Part shown: piece after piece, positions 49,633 through 58,983 of the stretch
Numbering within the stretch: position 1 is the first letter of the stretch
How the letters are laid out: the number at the start of each line of letters is the position of its first letter
Origin: an uncultured Alphaproteobacteria bacterium
Lineage (GTDB): Bacteria > Pseudomonadota > Alphaproteobacteria > Methylaequorales > Methylaequoraceae
Length of the DNA stretch: 64,000 bases
Direction: 5' to 3'
NCBI GenBank assembly: GCA_902537615.1
Contig: CACBBU010000006.1
Span: forward strand, 1,085-65,084
Notes under the pieces: model-generated
Told to the model about the DNA's origin: nothing
Seen by the model: the letters and a program-made list of their open reading frames with translations, nothing else
Database searches by the model: none
Made by a program: the position numbers and the translations under genes

Positions 49633-50448
49633 TTACATTAAAACTTCCCATCTATTGGGAATTAGATCTTCTATATCTCGTGGACCAGCTCTTCCAAACC
49701 AGAAAGGTGGTACTATTACCTTTTCCTTCTTTTTACCAAGCCAAGCTCCCCACCAGGAAAATGTACTGTTACTCATTATGATTGAATCGCACTGAGATAG
49801 ACAGTATAAATCTTCAAGCTCATTATTATTTTCTAAAAAATTAAACTTTCTTATGTCAAAATTTTTGGCTACATCATCTATATCATCGCTAAAAATAAAA
49901 AAATCATATTTTGTAGAGTCAAATTTTTTTAATGCATATTCATAATAGACCCATGGCATAGGTGGAAGGATATCAGCCATTAATTTGTATCTTCTGAAAT
50001 GAATTCCTACTTTTTTTTTTTGTGATAATTTTAACTTTTTTTTGTTATTTTCCATTAGGTCATCACTAAAAGTAAATAAGTCTTTAATTTCATTTTCAAA
50101 ATCTTTAAAAAATTTTTCTGACTGAAAAAAACCTTCAATTATTATATTATTTTTAAGTGGAATAGGATTATATTTAAAACACCCTTGTTTAACTAATTCT
50201 AAATTTTCATGAGGATGAATAGGAATCTTTGAAAAAATATTATTTTTGTATTTTTCCCATGATAGTACTGTTTTTTTTGCATACTCTTTTGATACTTGGC
50301 TACTCATTTGATCAAAATAGTTTTCTCTAAAATTTTTACTACTTTTTAGTAAAAAAAACTTTGAGTTTATTCTAAGTGAATGTGCATAACCCGCTGAAAT
50401 TTGAAAAAGCATGTTACCCAAACCACCATCAAGATTAGAAGAGATCAT
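49633..50448 (-). CDS. glycosyltransferase family 11 (alpha-1,2-fucosyltransferase-like)
   Basis: ORF 49633..50463 has a TTG start; an ATG at 50448 gives MISSNLDGGLGNMLFQ. It has the GGLGNMLFQ N-terminal motif, IHFRR, and the SNSTFSWWGAWLG C-terminal motif. Confidence 0.75.
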   Translation of the reverse strand: MISSNLDGGLGNMLFQISAGYAHSLRINSKFFLLKSSKNFRENYFDQMSSQVSKEYAKKTVLSWEKYKNNIFSKIPIHPHENLELVKQGCFKYNPIPLKNNIIIEGFFQSEKFFKDFENEIKDLFTFSDDLMENNKKKLKLSQKKKVGIHFRRYKLMADILPPMPWVYYEYALKKFDSTKYDFFIFSDDIDDVAKNFDIRKFNFLENNNELEDLYCLSQCDSIIMSNSTFSWWGAWLGKKKEKVIVPPFWFGRAGPRDIEDLIPNRWEVLM

Positions 50449-50479
50449 ATTAAAAACTGGCAAGTTTTATGCCAATATT

Positions 50480-50851
50480 TTAATGTGAATCTAAGTCTTT
50501 TTTTACATCTTCGTGATCACCAGTTATTATATGATGTTTACTTTTTTTCTTTATAAGAATTTCTAAAAATGGAATGAAAATTAATGGAAGTACTCCTCCA
50601 ATTACAATACCAAAGATCATACTACGAATATGAGGGTCAATGTAACTAGCTATTAAATCAGCTAAAATATGTGAAAAAACAGCTCCAAAAATACCTGCAA
50701 TATAGCCTTTTGAGACTATTTTAAGGAATCTATTTATACTTAAACCTGAGTAATATCCTATTAGCATTATTCCTACGTGAACAAAACCAAAGATAAATCC
50801 CCTCATATTTGAGGGTAGGTTACTTATGTAAATATCAAGAATATGTTCCAC
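50480..50851 (-). CDS. hypothetical integral membrane protein (3-4 TM helices)
   Basis: 123-aa hydrophobic ORF on the same strand as, and 16-31 nt upstream of, the GT11 gene. No family recognised. Confidence 0.5.
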   Translation of the reverse strand: MEHILDIYISNLPSNMRGFIFGFVHVGIMLIGYYSGLSINRFLKIVSKGYIAGIFGAVFSHILADLIASYIDPHIRSMIFGIVIGGVLPLIFIPFLEILIKKKSKHHIITGDHEDVKKDLDSH

Positions 50852-51009
50852 TTAGGATAATAAATTTTGAGTTTTGGACTTGTAATTTATTGAGAAAAAA
50901 TTCAATTCATAAAGATTTATTTTACACTAGAAAAAAGCAACTTTGAACAATAATCCCTTAAAACTTGATATTTTCAATGGTTTATAATAATCTATGAAAA
51001 GTTAGTAAT

Positions 51010-51318
51010 ATGTTTTTTTTAGGGAAAAATTCAAAACTTAGCTCAAAAGTGATATTCTTTGTGATTCTTTTATCACCTTTTTGGTCAAAATCACTAAATG
51101 TATTTGAAATGTCTTTAATAGGAATTGGCTCCGGTGTAGTTTATCATCAGTATTTTGACAAATCATTAGATAAAGAAAACCAGATTGTGAATAAGTCAAA
51201 GGTGATTGAAAAATACTTTAAATCAAAAAACAGAACAATGAATTCAGATGAATTTTCAGATATGCCGATACATGAGAAATTAATGATAATTGAAGTTTTA
51301 AATTCATATAGAAATTAA
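51010..51318 (+). CDS. hypothetical small membrane/secreted protein
   Basis: 102-aa ORF with an N-terminal hydrophobic segment; no motif recognised. Confidence 0.4.
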   Translation: MFFLGKNSKLSSKVIFFVILLSPFWSKSLNVFEMSLIGIGSGVVYHQYFDKSLDKENQIVNKSKVIEKYFKSKNRTMNSDEFSDMPIHEKLMIIEVLNSYRN

Positions 51319-51363
51319 TTTCTAAAAGATAAATTTTTAAGTCGTTATTATAAACAACGGTAA

Positions 51364-51846
51364 ATGGAAATGAAAATATTTTTAAAAACATTAATCTTCA
51401 GCTTTTTTTTTAGCTCAACAGTTAATGCCAATGCATTTTCAGAAGTATTCGGTTCAGAAGGAGCTGCAGGAATAGGTGATTCTAAGATTAGAAGTCTAAG
51501 CTATACTTTCCAGTATTTCACGTTGGTCGGTTCAATAGGTTATGTTGCTAAACAATTATATAACTCTGGGTTCATGGAACCTTTAGGATTAATGCCAGAA
51601 TCTATTCATAATTTATCTCCACTAGCTTATAAAGATAATTATTTAATTAATAAATATAATGCGAATGCTTATGCAGTTGGTGAAAAGATTGATAATTTAA
51701 ATATGTTAAACGATTTTCAAATTAAAACTGCAGAAAACCCATTTTCAATCCAATCCATTGAATCAAGAAATAATTTTAACTTTAAAAAATCTTCCTCTCT
51801 CAATGATGAAAGGAATGAGCTAATTAACAGGTATCTAGATGATTAA
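51364..51846 (+). CDS. hypothetical secreted protein
   Basis: 160-aa ORF with a clear signal peptide (KIFLKTLIFSFFFSSTVNANA). It overlaps the next gene by 8 nt. Confidence 0.5.
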   Translation: MEMKIFLKTLIFSFFFSSTVNANAFSEVFGSEGAAGIGDSKIRSLSYTFQYFTLVGSIGYVAKQLYNSGFMEPLGLMPESIHNLSPLAYKDNYLINKYNANAYAVGEKIDNLNMLNDFQIKTAENPFSIQSIESRNNFNFKKSSSLNDERNELINRYLDD

Positions 51847-52315
51847 AAAACTTTTCTTAGTATTTTTTGTTAATATTTTTTTGATAGGGTGCTCTCTTCC
51901 GAACTTAAGTAGAGATAACCTTGTTAAAACATCCTCATCTGCAGCTGGTGGTTATCTTGGTTATCATCTTTCAGATGGTGATCTTTTTACAACATCCGTT
52001 GGTTCAACTATTGGGTTAATAGTAGGCGAAAACCTAGCGGAATTTATTGGTCAAAATGATAATTATTATTTCACAAAAGAAACCTTAAGAATTCTTGAAA
52101 TCAATGATAATAATGGTACAACAAAAACTGGGTATTGGAAAAACCCAAAGAGCAGAAATGAAGGAGTTGTTAAAATTAAAGGTTACTATGGTAGCCCTAA
52201 TTGCAGGCTTATTGAACACATTTACTTAAAAAATAGTATTACTAGAAGCACTCCCAAAAACTCATTCAGTACGGCATGTAGAGAAGAAAGCGGGCGGTGG
52301 GCTATGATTAAATAA
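51839..52315 (+). CDS. lipoprotein with a glycine-zipper segment and a 17-kDa-surface-antigen-like C-terminal domain
   Basis: Lipobox FLIGC, then SSSAAGGYLGYHLS...VGSTIGLIVG, then GYWKNPKSRNEGVVKIKGYYGSPNCRLIEH...ACREESGRWAMI. This resembles the alphaproteobacterial RT0821/Lpp0805-type surface proteins as I remember them. Confidence 0.55.
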   Translation: MIKKLFLVFFVNIFLIGCSLPNLSRDNLVKTSSSAAGGYLGYHLSDGDLFTTSVGSTIGLIVGENLAEFIGQNDNYYFTKETLRILEINDNNGTTKTGYWKNPKSRNEGVVKIKGYYGSPNCRLIEHIYLKNSITRSTPKNSFSTACREESGRWAMIK

Positions 52316-52358
52316 TTAAAGTTTATTTTTTTTTTAAAATTATTATATCATACAAGTT

Positions 52359-53117
52359 ATGATAATTATTTCTCCAGCAAAAAATCTTAATATTCTTCCT
52401 GAAAAGGCCTCATTAAAACTTAGTGAACCTTTTTTTGTCAATGATACTAATTCTCTAGTTAGCAAATTGAAAAAACTTAAATTTGATAACTTAAAAAAAT
52501 TAATGAAAATAAGTGATTCTTTAACTGAATTAAACTTACAAAGATTTCAGGATTTTAATTCTAATGATAATGTTTTCAAACCTGCAGGTTTTCTTTTTAG
52601 TGGTGATACCTTCAACGGATTATCAATTAGATCACTATCAAAAGACATGCTCTCATCAGCTCAACATAGATTGAGAATACTTTCAGGTCTTTATGGATTG
52701 TTAAGGCCACTAGATTTAATTCAGCCTTATAGATTAGAAATGGGTACTAAAATTGAGCCAATTTTAGGAGTTTCGTTACCTGATTTTTGGAAAGAAAAAA
52801 TAACATCTTGTTTAAATAATGATTTATTTAAGAGTAAATCTAAATTTTTATTTAACCTTTCTTCTCAAGAATACTTTGAATCAGTTGATAAAAATAATCT
52901 AAATGCAGATATAATCAATTTTGACTTCAAAATTTTTAGAGATAATAAACTTAAAGCTCCAGGTATGATGATAAAAAAATACAGAGGAATTATGGCTAAA
53001 TTTATTATAACGAATAAGATAGTTGAATTGGAGAAACTTAAAACTTTTAATGAAGCTGGGTTTAAATTTGATTCCTATGATGAATTTAACAATAAATTAC
53101 TTTTTATTTCTAAATGA
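52359..53117 (+). CDS. yaaA: peroxide stress protein YaaA (DUF328)
   Basis: MIIISPAKNLN start and the RILSGLYGLLRPLDLIQPYRLEM core motif. Confidence 0.85.
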   Translation: MIIISPAKNLNILPEKASLKLSEPFFVNDTNSLVSKLKKLKFDNLKKLMKISDSLTELNLQRFQDFNSNDNVFKPAGFLFSGDTFNGLSIRSLSKDMLSSAQHRLRILSGLYGLLRPLDLIQPYRLEMGTKIEPILGVSLPDFWKEKITSCLNNDLFKSKSKFLFNLSSQEYFESVDKNNLNADIINFDFKIFRDNKLKAPGMMIKKYRGIMAKFIITNKIVELEKLKTFNEAGFKFDSYDEFNNKLLFISK

Positions 53118-54031
53118 AAAATAAAGTTGTAGTTCAAATTCCCTGTCTTAATGAGGAATCAACTATAGGAAAAGTTATTAAAGATATAAAAAAGGATTTA
53201 CCAAAAGCAGAAATAATTGTTTACGATAATTCTTCTACAGATAATACAATAAAAGAAGCTAAAAAACATGGTGTAAAAGTTGTTTTAGAGAAAAAAAAGG
53301 GAAAAGGTAATGTAGTCAAAAGAATGTTTTCTGATAATTTGAATGCAAATACTTATGTAATGTTAGATGGTGATAATACATATGACACAAGTAAAATAAA
53401 ACAATCAATTGATATACTTTTTAGAGAAAAATATGACATGCTTGTTGCTAAAAGAACTCATTCTAATCCCTCTGCCTATAGACGTGGTCATGTAATTGGA
53501 AACCAAATGTTTTCACGTTTTGTCAATTTTATTTTTGGTAATGATATATCTGATATTTTTTCTGGATATAGAATTTTTTCCAAGAGATTTATAAAAACTT
53601 TTCCTCAAAACTCTAACGAGTTTGAAGTTGAAGCCGAACTGACTATTCATGCTCTAGAACAAGGTTTTAAAATTGGTGAATTTGAATGCATGTATAAACC
53701 GCGGCCGCAAGGGTCTGTAAGTAAATTAAGTACATATAAAGACGGTATGAAAATCTTAAGATTAATTTTAATACTAATTAAGGATGAAAAACCTTTATTA
53801 TTTTTTTCAATTCTGAGTGTTTTTTTTATGGTTTTATCACTTTCATTAGGTGTTCCAATCATTAAGGAATTTTACTTAACTGGTTTAGTAGAACGCCTTC
53901 CATCCGCAGTCTTAGCAGGATTATTTTCTGTTATATCCTTTTTAAGTTTTTTTTGTGGACTTATTCTGGATGTAATGAAAAAGATAAGATTTGAAAATAA
54001 AAAAATGAATTACCTGCTTTTTAAAGATTAA
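53114..54031 (+). CDS. glycosyltransferase family 2 with C-terminal TM helices (polyprenyl-phosphate sugar transferase-like)
   Basis: VVVQIPCLNEESTIGKVI, YDNSSTDNT and MLDGDNTYD motifs, with two C-terminal hydrophobic helices. Confidence 0.8.
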   Translation: MKNKVVVQIPCLNEESTIGKVIKDIKKDLPKAEIIVYDNSSTDNTIKEAKKHGVKVVLEKKKGKGNVVKRMFSDNLNANTYVMLDGDNTYDTSKIKQSIDILFREKYDMLVAKRTHSNPSAYRRGHVIGNQMFSRFVNFIFGNDISDIFSGYRIFSKRFIKTFPQNSNEFEVEAELTIHALEQGFKIGEFECMYKPRPQGSVSKLSTYKDGMKILRLILILIKDEKPLLFFSILSVFFMVLSLSLGVPIIKEFYLTGLVERLPSAVLAGLFSVISFLSFFCGLILDVMKKIRFENKKMNYLLFKD

Positions 54032-54032
54032 T

Positions 54033-54296
54033 TTACCTAATTGGTATTGAAATCTTTTTTACTTTTTTTTTTACTATTTTTTTATCAAACTCTCGTTTAT
54101 TCTCATTGACTAACCATATCATTTGCATAGCTAATGAATGAACTCTTTTTGCCTTAGTTTCACCTGACAGAAATCTTGAAAATTGTCTTTTGCTTAACGC
54201 TAATATTTCTGAGGATGTTTCAATATTTAAATTATTGACTTTCATCCATTTCTTAATTTCTTCTGGTTGTGGGTTATCTATGTCAATGAAAAACAA
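54033..54296 (-). CDS. small helix-turn-helix (XRE-like) protein
   Basis: 87-aa ORF whose ATG directly abuts the actP stop. It has the HTH-like segment SSEILALSKRQFSRFLSGETKAKRVHSLAMQMIW and a basic tail. Confidence 0.5.
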   Translation of the reverse strand: MFFIDIDNPQPEEIKKWMKVNNLNIETSSEILALSKRQFSRFLSGETKAKRVHSLAMQMIWLVNENKREFDKKIVKKKVKKISIPIR

Positions 54297-55895
54297 TTAT
54301 TTACTTCCTAAATATGACTTTTTGGTTAATTCTTTAAATTTTTTCTCATCTTTATTTTTCTTATCAATTAATGAAATAGTTATAATAGAGAAAAAAGAAA
54401 TTGACATTGAAAATAGCCCAGGATATTTAAAAGGAAAGATTGCATCTTCAAATCCCAAGGTCTCTACCCAAACCATAGGTCCTAAAAAAACAAAAATTAA
54501 TGCGCTAAATAACCCAATGAATCCACCATACATTGCTCCATTGGTAGTTAAGTTTTTCCATGAAATTGTAAGAAATAAAATAGGAAAATTAGTGCTAGCT
54601 GCAACTGCGAAAGCCAAACCAACCATAAAAGCAACATTTTGGCCTTCAAAAATAATACCTAAGATTATTGCGATGATTCCTAAAAAAACGGAAGAAATTT
54701 TAGAAACTAAAATTTCTTTTTTTTCATCACTTTTACCTTTTTTTATTACAAATACATACAGATCTCTTCCAATAGCTGATGCTCCAGCAAGGGTAAGACC
54801 TGAAACAACAGCTAAAATAGTTGCAAATGCTACCGCTGAAATAAATCCCAAAAAAATATCACCACCAAGAGCATGAGATAAATGAATTGCAGCCATATTA
54901 TTTGAACCAATTAAATTGTTGTTAGTATCCATATAACTATTGTTATCGGTTAAAAAAATGATAGCTCCAAAACCAATTACAAATGTTAAAATATAAAAAT
55001 AGCCAATAAAAGTTGTAGCGTAGAATGCTGAAATTCTGGAGCTTTTTGCATCCGGCACTGTGAAAAATCTCATTAAGATATGAGGAAGGCCTGCAGTTCC
55101 AAAAATTAAAGCTACTCCCAGTGAAATAGCAGATATTGGGTCAGTAATTAGTTGTCCAGGATATAAAATTGATTTTTTTTCTGGGTGAACATTACTAGCC
55201 TCTTCTAATAGTTTGCCGATACTAAAAGAATAATCATTTAGAACCATAACAGCAAGAGCCGTTGCACCTAATATTAAAAGAATGGCTTTTATAATTTGTA
55301 CCCATGTTGTAGCTATCATTCCGCCAAAACTTACATAAATAATCATTAATAATCCTACTATCCAAATCGCATAATAGTATGGTAATCCAAATAAAATTTG
55401 TATTAAAGACCCAGCACCAACCATCTGAGCAATTAAATAAAAAATAACAGTAACTAAAGTTCCACTAGCAGATAGAATTCTTATTTTAGATTGTTTTAAT
55501 CTTGTTGACGTTACATCTGCAAATGTATACTTTCCCAAATTTTTAAGTTTTTCTGCAATTAAAAATAAAATTATTGGCCATCCTACAAGAAAGCCTATTG
55601 AATAGATTAAACCATCAAAACCTGAAAAAAAAACAAGTCCAGATATTCCGAGAAATGATGCAGCAGACATATAATCACCAGCTATAGCTAACCCATTTTG
55701 AAAGCCTGAAATTTTTCCACCAGCAGCGTAATAATTACTTTTATTGAAATTCTTTTTTGAAGCAAAGTATGTTATTAAAAGTGTTATAAATACAAAGATT
55801 CCAAACACTAATGCAGCAAAATTTTTGCTACTTGATTCTGATGCCATTACGGAAAATGGAAATATTAATAAAGTTAAAAATAAGTATAATTTCAT
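54297..55895 (-). CDS. actP: sodium:solute symporter family cation/acetate symporter ActP
   Basis: 532-aa polytopic ORF with [28 protein letters not shown]. It is preceded by a DUF485 gene with a 4-nt overlap, the classic yjcH-actP pair. Confidence 0.85.
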   Translation of the reverse strand: MKLYLFLTLLIFPFSVMASESSSKNFAALVFGIFVFITLLITYFASKKNFNKSNYYAAGGKISGFQNGLAIAGDYMSAASFLGISGLVFFSGFDGLIYSIGFLVGWPIILFLIAEKLKNLGKYTFADVTSTRLKQSKIRILSASGTLVTVIFYLIAQMVGAGSLIQILFGLPYYYAIWIVGLLMIIYVSFGGMIATTWVQIIKAILLILGATALAVMVLNDYSFSIGKLLEEASNVHPEKKSILYPGQLITDPISAISLGVALIFGTAGLPHILMRFFTVPDAKSSRISAFYATTFIGYFYILTFVIGFGAIIFLTDNNSYMDTNNNLIGSNNMAAIHLSHALGGDIFLGFISAVAFATILAVVSGLTLAGASAIGRDLYVFVIKKGKSDEKKEILVSKISSVFLGIIAIILGIIFEGQNVAFMVGLAFAVAASTNFPILFLTISWKNLTTNGAMYGGFIGLFSALIFVFLGPMVWVETLGFEDAIFPFKYPGLFSMSISFFSIITISLIDKKNKDEKKFKELTKKSYLGSK

Positions 55896-56161
55896 TTCTT
55901 TAGTTTATCTAAAAATAAATTTGATAGAAGAACATAAATAAATGTTAAAAAAACAGAAATAATTATAATAAATAAACCTGAAAAAATACCATATGTGATT
56001 GAAGAGTTAGGTAAGGTTTTATGGAAAATTTCAGGTTTAAATCCTATTATTAAAATAAAAGAGAAGTAAAGAATTAGTACAATAAAACACAGTGAATAGC
56101 TAATAAGATTTGAGTAAAAGGTTAATTTTTCTAAATTATAATCATTTGAATTTTTATTCAT
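55892..56161 (-). CDS. yjcH: DUF485 (YjcH-like) two-TM membrane protein
   Basis: 89-aa ORF with two hydrophobic helices, overlapping the actP start. Confidence 0.7.
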   Translation of the reverse strand: MNKNSNDYNLEKLTFYSNLISYSLCFIVLILYFSFILIIGFKPEIFHKTLPNSSITYGIFSGLFIIIISVFLTFIYVLLSNLFLDKLKK

Positions 56162-56168
56162 GTTTTTT

Positions 56169-56198
56169 AAGTCAGGCTATGATTAAATAGCCTGACTT
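56169..56198. other. 12-bp inverted repeat in the ALDH-yjcH spacer
   Basis: The sequence is AAGTCAGGCTAT-GATTAA-ATAGCCTGACTT. It is flanked by a T-run upstream and an A-run downstream on both strands, so it is not a canonical terminator. Confidence 0.6.
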
Positions 56199-56219
56199 GA
56201 AAAAAATTAACCATGGTTC

Positions 56220-57737
56220 TTAGAGATTTACTGTTACAGCTTTTACTTCAGTATAATTCTTTAAGACCTCATGACCCATTTCTCTTCCCCATCCGGACTC
56301 TTTGTATCCACCAAATGGAAGAGATGCATCAAAGATGTTATGACAGTTAACCCAAACTGTTCCTGCACGAATTTTTGCTGCCATTTTATGAGCAACGCTA
56401 ATGTCTTTAGTCCAAACACTCGCAGCTAAACCAAAGTTAGTATTATTGGCTTCGTTTGCAATTTTTTCTAAACTTTCATCAGAAAATGGTTGTGCACAAA
56501 CAACTGGACCAAAAATTTCTTCTTTTACAAGAGTCATGTCAGCATTTGTTTTTGCAAAAACTGTTGGATGGACAAAGTGACCTCCAGAGGAATTATCATA
56601 ATTTCCTCCAGCAATAACCTCACCACCTTCTGTTTTCCCAGATTCAATATATCCTGCTACTTTTTGGTATTGTTCATCCGAAACAAGTGGCCCCATTTCT
56701 GTTGAGGCTTCCATACCAGGACCAACTTTGATGTTTTCAGCAATCTTAGCTATGCCCTCTGATACTTTATCAAAAACTTTCTCATGAGCAAATAATCTAG
56801 AACCTGCACAACAACACTGACCGTGATTAAAAAAAATAGCTGAAGCTGCACCTGCAATAGCTGCATCAATGTCAGCATCTGGAAATATAATTGTAGGAGA
56901 TTTTCCTCCAAGTTCTAATGATACTTTTTTTAAGTTACCAGAAGCTGCTTTTGTGATTATCTTACCAACTTCAGTTGACCCAGTAAATGCAACTTTATCA
57001 ACCATTGGATGTTCAGCCAGTGGTGCACCTGCGTCTTCGCCAAAGCCTGTTACAACATTTAAAACACCCTCCGGTAAAATGCCTGCATCATGAATGATTT
57101 CTGTTAATCTAAGGGCAGATAAAGGTGTCTGTTCTGCTGGTTTGAGAACAATTGTACAGCCAGCAGTTAATGCAGGAGCAATTTTCCATGCTGCCATTAG
57201 TAACGGGAAATTCCATGGGATAATCTGACCACAAACACCAACTGGTTCTCTTAGTGTGTAACTATGATATTTCGCACCAGGCGTGTATAAACAAGAGTAA
57301 GGAATCGTATTTCCTTCAATTTTTGTTGCCCAACCTGCCATGTACCTAAAAATATCAGATGAAAGTGGTACATCTGCTGCCCCAGCTACAGCAACAGGTT
57401 TTCCATTGTCTAAAGACTCAAGTTGAGCTAATTCTTCATTATGTTTGTCAATAAGATCACCAATTTTCCAAATAATTTTACCTTTTTCGCTGTTAGACAT
57501 ATCAGTCCAGACTCCAGAGTCAAAGGCTTTTCTGGCCGCCTTAACTGCTAGGTCAATGTCTTTACTATTACCTGCAGAGCAAGAAGCAATTTTTTTTCCA
57601 GTAGCAGGATCTTCTACGTCAAAAGATTTTCCAGAATCAGGATCTACCCATTTTCCAGCAATGTATAGTTTTTTTTCTTTACTTAAGAAATCGCCAACGT
57701 TGTCGTTGACCTTATAATTTAGGATTGAAGCGTCCAT
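56220..57737 (-). CDS. NAD(P)-dependent aldehyde dehydrogenase
   Basis: 505-aa ORF with ELGGKSP and FFNHGQCCCAGSR catalytic motifs. A strong GGAGGA lies upstream of the ATG. Confidence 0.9.
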   Translation of the reverse strand: MDASILNYKVNDNVGDFLSKEKKLYIAGKWVDPDSGKSFDVEDPATGKKIASCSAGNSKDIDLAVKAARKAFDSGVWTDMSNSEKGKIIWKIGDLIDKHNEELAQLESLDNGKPVAVAGAADVPLSSDIFRYMAGWATKIEGNTIPYSCLYTPGAKYHSYTLREPVGVCGQIIPWNFPLLMAAWKIAPALTAGCTIVLKPAEQTPLSALRLTEIIHDAGILPEGVLNVVTGFGEDAGAPLAEHPMVDKVAFTGSTEVGKIITKAASGNLKKVSLELGGKSPTIIFPDADIDAAIAGAASAIFFNHGQCCCAGSRLFAHEKVFDKVSEGIAKIAENIKVGPGMEASTEMGPLVSDEQYQKVAGYIESGKTEGGEVIAGGNYDNSSGGHFVHPTVFAKTNADMTLVKEEIFGPVVCAQPFSDESLEKIANEANNTNFGLAASVWTKDISVAHKMAAKIRAGTVWVNCHNIFDASLPFGGYKESGWGREMGHEVLKNYTEVKAVTVNL

Positions 57738-57808
57738 AATATTTCCTCCAAAATAAAAGTTTACTTTTAGTTAATAATACAAAGAAAATAAAAAAATTAA
57801 AGAAAATT

Positions 57809-58282
57809 CTAAAGTTTTGTGGGGTTTTCATGACCTTTGTAAACTTCTTTGGGGTCAAAAACTTTTTTGTTGTCATTAAAAACTAAAACTGTTGAAAAAT
57901 TTTCACCTTTTTTTTCAAGCTCTCTATAAAAGCAGGATTTGTAACCTACATGACAGCTTGCTTTTGTTCCTGAAAGTTTGACGAAAAGAATAATACAATC
58001 CTGATCATCATCAATTTGAATTTTGACAATATTTTGAAAAAAGCCAGAGGTCTCTCCTTTTTTCCAAATTTTTTTTCTACTTCTTGACCAGTAGTGAGAC
58101 ATTTTTGTCTTAATTGATGTTTTTAAAGCTTCTTCATTCATATAACCATGCATTAAGACTTGATTATCGTCATCATCAATAGTTATAACGGGGATCAATC
58201 CATTTTCATCAAATTTAGGTTGAAGGTTTGTGCCTTCTTCTACTTCTTCAACTGATGTTCTTTTTGAAAAGATTATTTCCAT
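57809..58282 (-). CDS. hisI: phosphoribosyl-AMP cyclohydrolase
   Basis: GLIPVITIDDDDNQVLMHGYMNEEAL, WSRSRKKIWKKGETSG and DQDCIILFVKLSG...CHVGYKSCFY motifs. Confidence 0.88.
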   Translation of the reverse strand: MEIIFSKRTSVEEVEEGTNLQPKFDENGLIPVITIDDDDNQVLMHGYMNEEALKTSIKTKMSHYWSRSRKKIWKKGETSGFFQNIVKIQIDDDQDCIILFVKLSGTKASCHVGYKSCFYRELEKKGENFSTVLVFNDNKKVFDPKEVYKGHENPTKL

Positions 58283-58285
58283 GTT

Positions 58286-58894
58286 TTATTTGATATAATC
58301 AGTAAATCTTTTTTCAATTGAATTGTTGGATTTAAACTCACCTAGAAAACAACATGTAATAGTTGACACATTAGGTTTGAGAACTCCTCTGGTAGTCATG
58401 CATTGATGAAGAGCCTCAATGTAGACAGCTACACCTTTAGGTTTTAAAGCACTTTCAATACAATGTGCTATTTGTTGAGTCATGGTCTCTTGTGTTTGAA
58501 GTCTTTTTGCAAAAATATCAACAACTCTAGCTAACTTAGAAATACCGACTACTTTTTTTGTGGGTATATAGGCGAGGTGTACTTTACCTATAATGGGCAC
58601 CATATGATGTTCGCAGTGAGAATGAAAAGAAATATCTTTTAGCATTACAATGTCTTCATAGCCCTGGACATCTTCAAATGTTTTGCTCAAGTAGTCTTCG
58701 GGTGACTCATTATATCCAGAAAAAAATTCTTTGAAGGCGTTTACTACTCTTTTAGGTGTTTCTCTTAATCCTTCGCGAGATGGATCATCTCCAGCCCATT
58801 TAATGAGCGTTTCAACAGCTTTTTCAGCCTGTTCTCTGGAGATCGTTTTTTCTAAGGAGCTTTGAAAGTTTTTCTTTGTAATTACGGATGTCAT
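58286..58894 (-). CDS. folE: GTP cyclohydrolase I (FolE)
   Basis: SHCEHHMVP zinc motif and RLQTQE region; 202 aa. Confidence 0.92.
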   Translation of the reverse strand: MTSVITKKNFQSSLEKTISREQAEKAVETLIKWAGDDPSREGLRETPKRVVNAFKEFFSGYNESPEDYLSKTFEDVQGYEDIVMLKDISFHSHCEHHMVPIIGKVHLAYIPTKKVVGISKLARVVDIFAKRLQTQETMTQQIAHCIESALKPKGVAVYIEALHQCMTTRGVLKPNVSTITCCFLGEFKSNNSIEKRFTDYIK

Positions 58895-58983
58895 AAGTAA
58901 ATTTATATTAATATTATATATATTTGTATTATTTAGTAAAATTTAAAGTTATATACTTAATTTTTATTAGTTGAAAGTGCAAA

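Noticed and set aside
47466-54031. Direct repeat of the tRNA 3-prime end (an att-like scar) that would delimit an integrated island
   Set aside because: I scanned by eye for copies of TCCTCCGCTACCA downstream and found none. No integrase is present either. The island idea rests on composition only, and a computational repeat search is still needed.
54190-54876. 228-aa plus-strand ORF
   Set aside because: It is entirely antisense to the well-supported actP gene. The composition is low-complexity (I/K/S/P-rich) and no family was recognised. Long antisense ORFs are expected opposite codon-biased AT-rich genes.
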